From Tubiluchus corallicola (taxonomy: Eukaryota > Animalia > Priapulida), in contig JAQGDQ010000313.1 in the NCBI GenBank assembly GCA_030141605.1, forward strand, positions 124,001-188,000: a stretch of DNA of 64,000 nucleotides. Reading direction: 5' to 3'. Positions 63,493 through 64,000 of the stretch are shown here, piece after piece (the stretch's first letter is position 1; every line of letters starts with the position of its first letter). The notes below the pieces were generated by a model. It did not search any database. It worked only from the letters and a program-made list of their open reading frames with translations, and had not been told where the DNA came from. A program made the position numbers and the translations under genes.

Positions 63493-64000
63493 CTGTAAAT
63501 GACAAACACATCAGACTGCAGTAGGTAATTTGCAAAAATTGTACAACTTTAATAATTATAAGAAACATTGCAATAGCAGCAATGAATGATTAACTGCAAA
63601 ATTTATTTGCGATAGGACAGCCATTCAATGACCTTCTTGGAAACTTTAATCCATGATTATTTTTACAATAAAGATTTAGATTTTTTTAAACCAATAGTTA
63701 CCACATTTCATACGTTTAATATTTGAAACTTACGTGTACCACCTATATGACCAAATATGTCTCAATTTAAAACTATGATTGCTCAATTCAGATATTAAAC
63801 TGCTACTGTGTGCTAACACAGTGAAAACCTACAGTTGAATAAGCAAAAAAGGTTTTCACCTTTTTCTATATTTAGACAAAATAATTCAGGAAAAACTGCA
63901 TTTAAAATATATAACTTTCTGGAAATTGTTTGGTGTTTGTGAAACATTTGCTACATTTACTTTTAATTTAGGTGAAGTTTTCTCTGGTCTTGGGGTCAAA

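Overview
AT-rich, intron-containing genomic DNA from an animal, most likely a non-vertebrate. This is inferred from GT-AG introns, compact genes and an invertebrate-type myosin XV tail; the species cannot be determined. All recognisable genes are on the minus strand. (1) First coding exon of a claudin/PMP22-like tetraspan gene (~4.7-5.0 kb). (2) A hand-built 6-exon model (9157-17394, ~804 aa) joining ~7 ankyrin repeats, a possible galectin-fold segment, a beta-trefoil (amaranthin/fascin-like) domain and an aerolysin/ETX-MTX2-like C-terminus. (3) A complete 16-coding-exon peptidyl-arginine deiminase (PADI; 22495-33534, ~702 aa) with an intact catalytic tetrad and, unlike vertebrate PADIs, two extra 5' exons encoding a signal-peptide-like leader and an RG/RGG-rich segment. 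(4) The 3' part of a myosin XV gene (49598 to beyond the window). Introns and intergenic DNA hold a CR1/L2-type LINE remnant, a Gypsy gag relic inside a hAT-like shell, a foldback-type element, an inverted pair of minimal hammerhead-like motifs, SINE-like heads, microsatellites and an unexplained GC-rich structured island at ~44.8-45.1 kb. Top candidates for new biology are the apparently secreted invertebrate PADI and the ankyrin-lectin-aerolysin fusion. All gene models were derived by eye from splice signals and reading-frame phase, with no database search.
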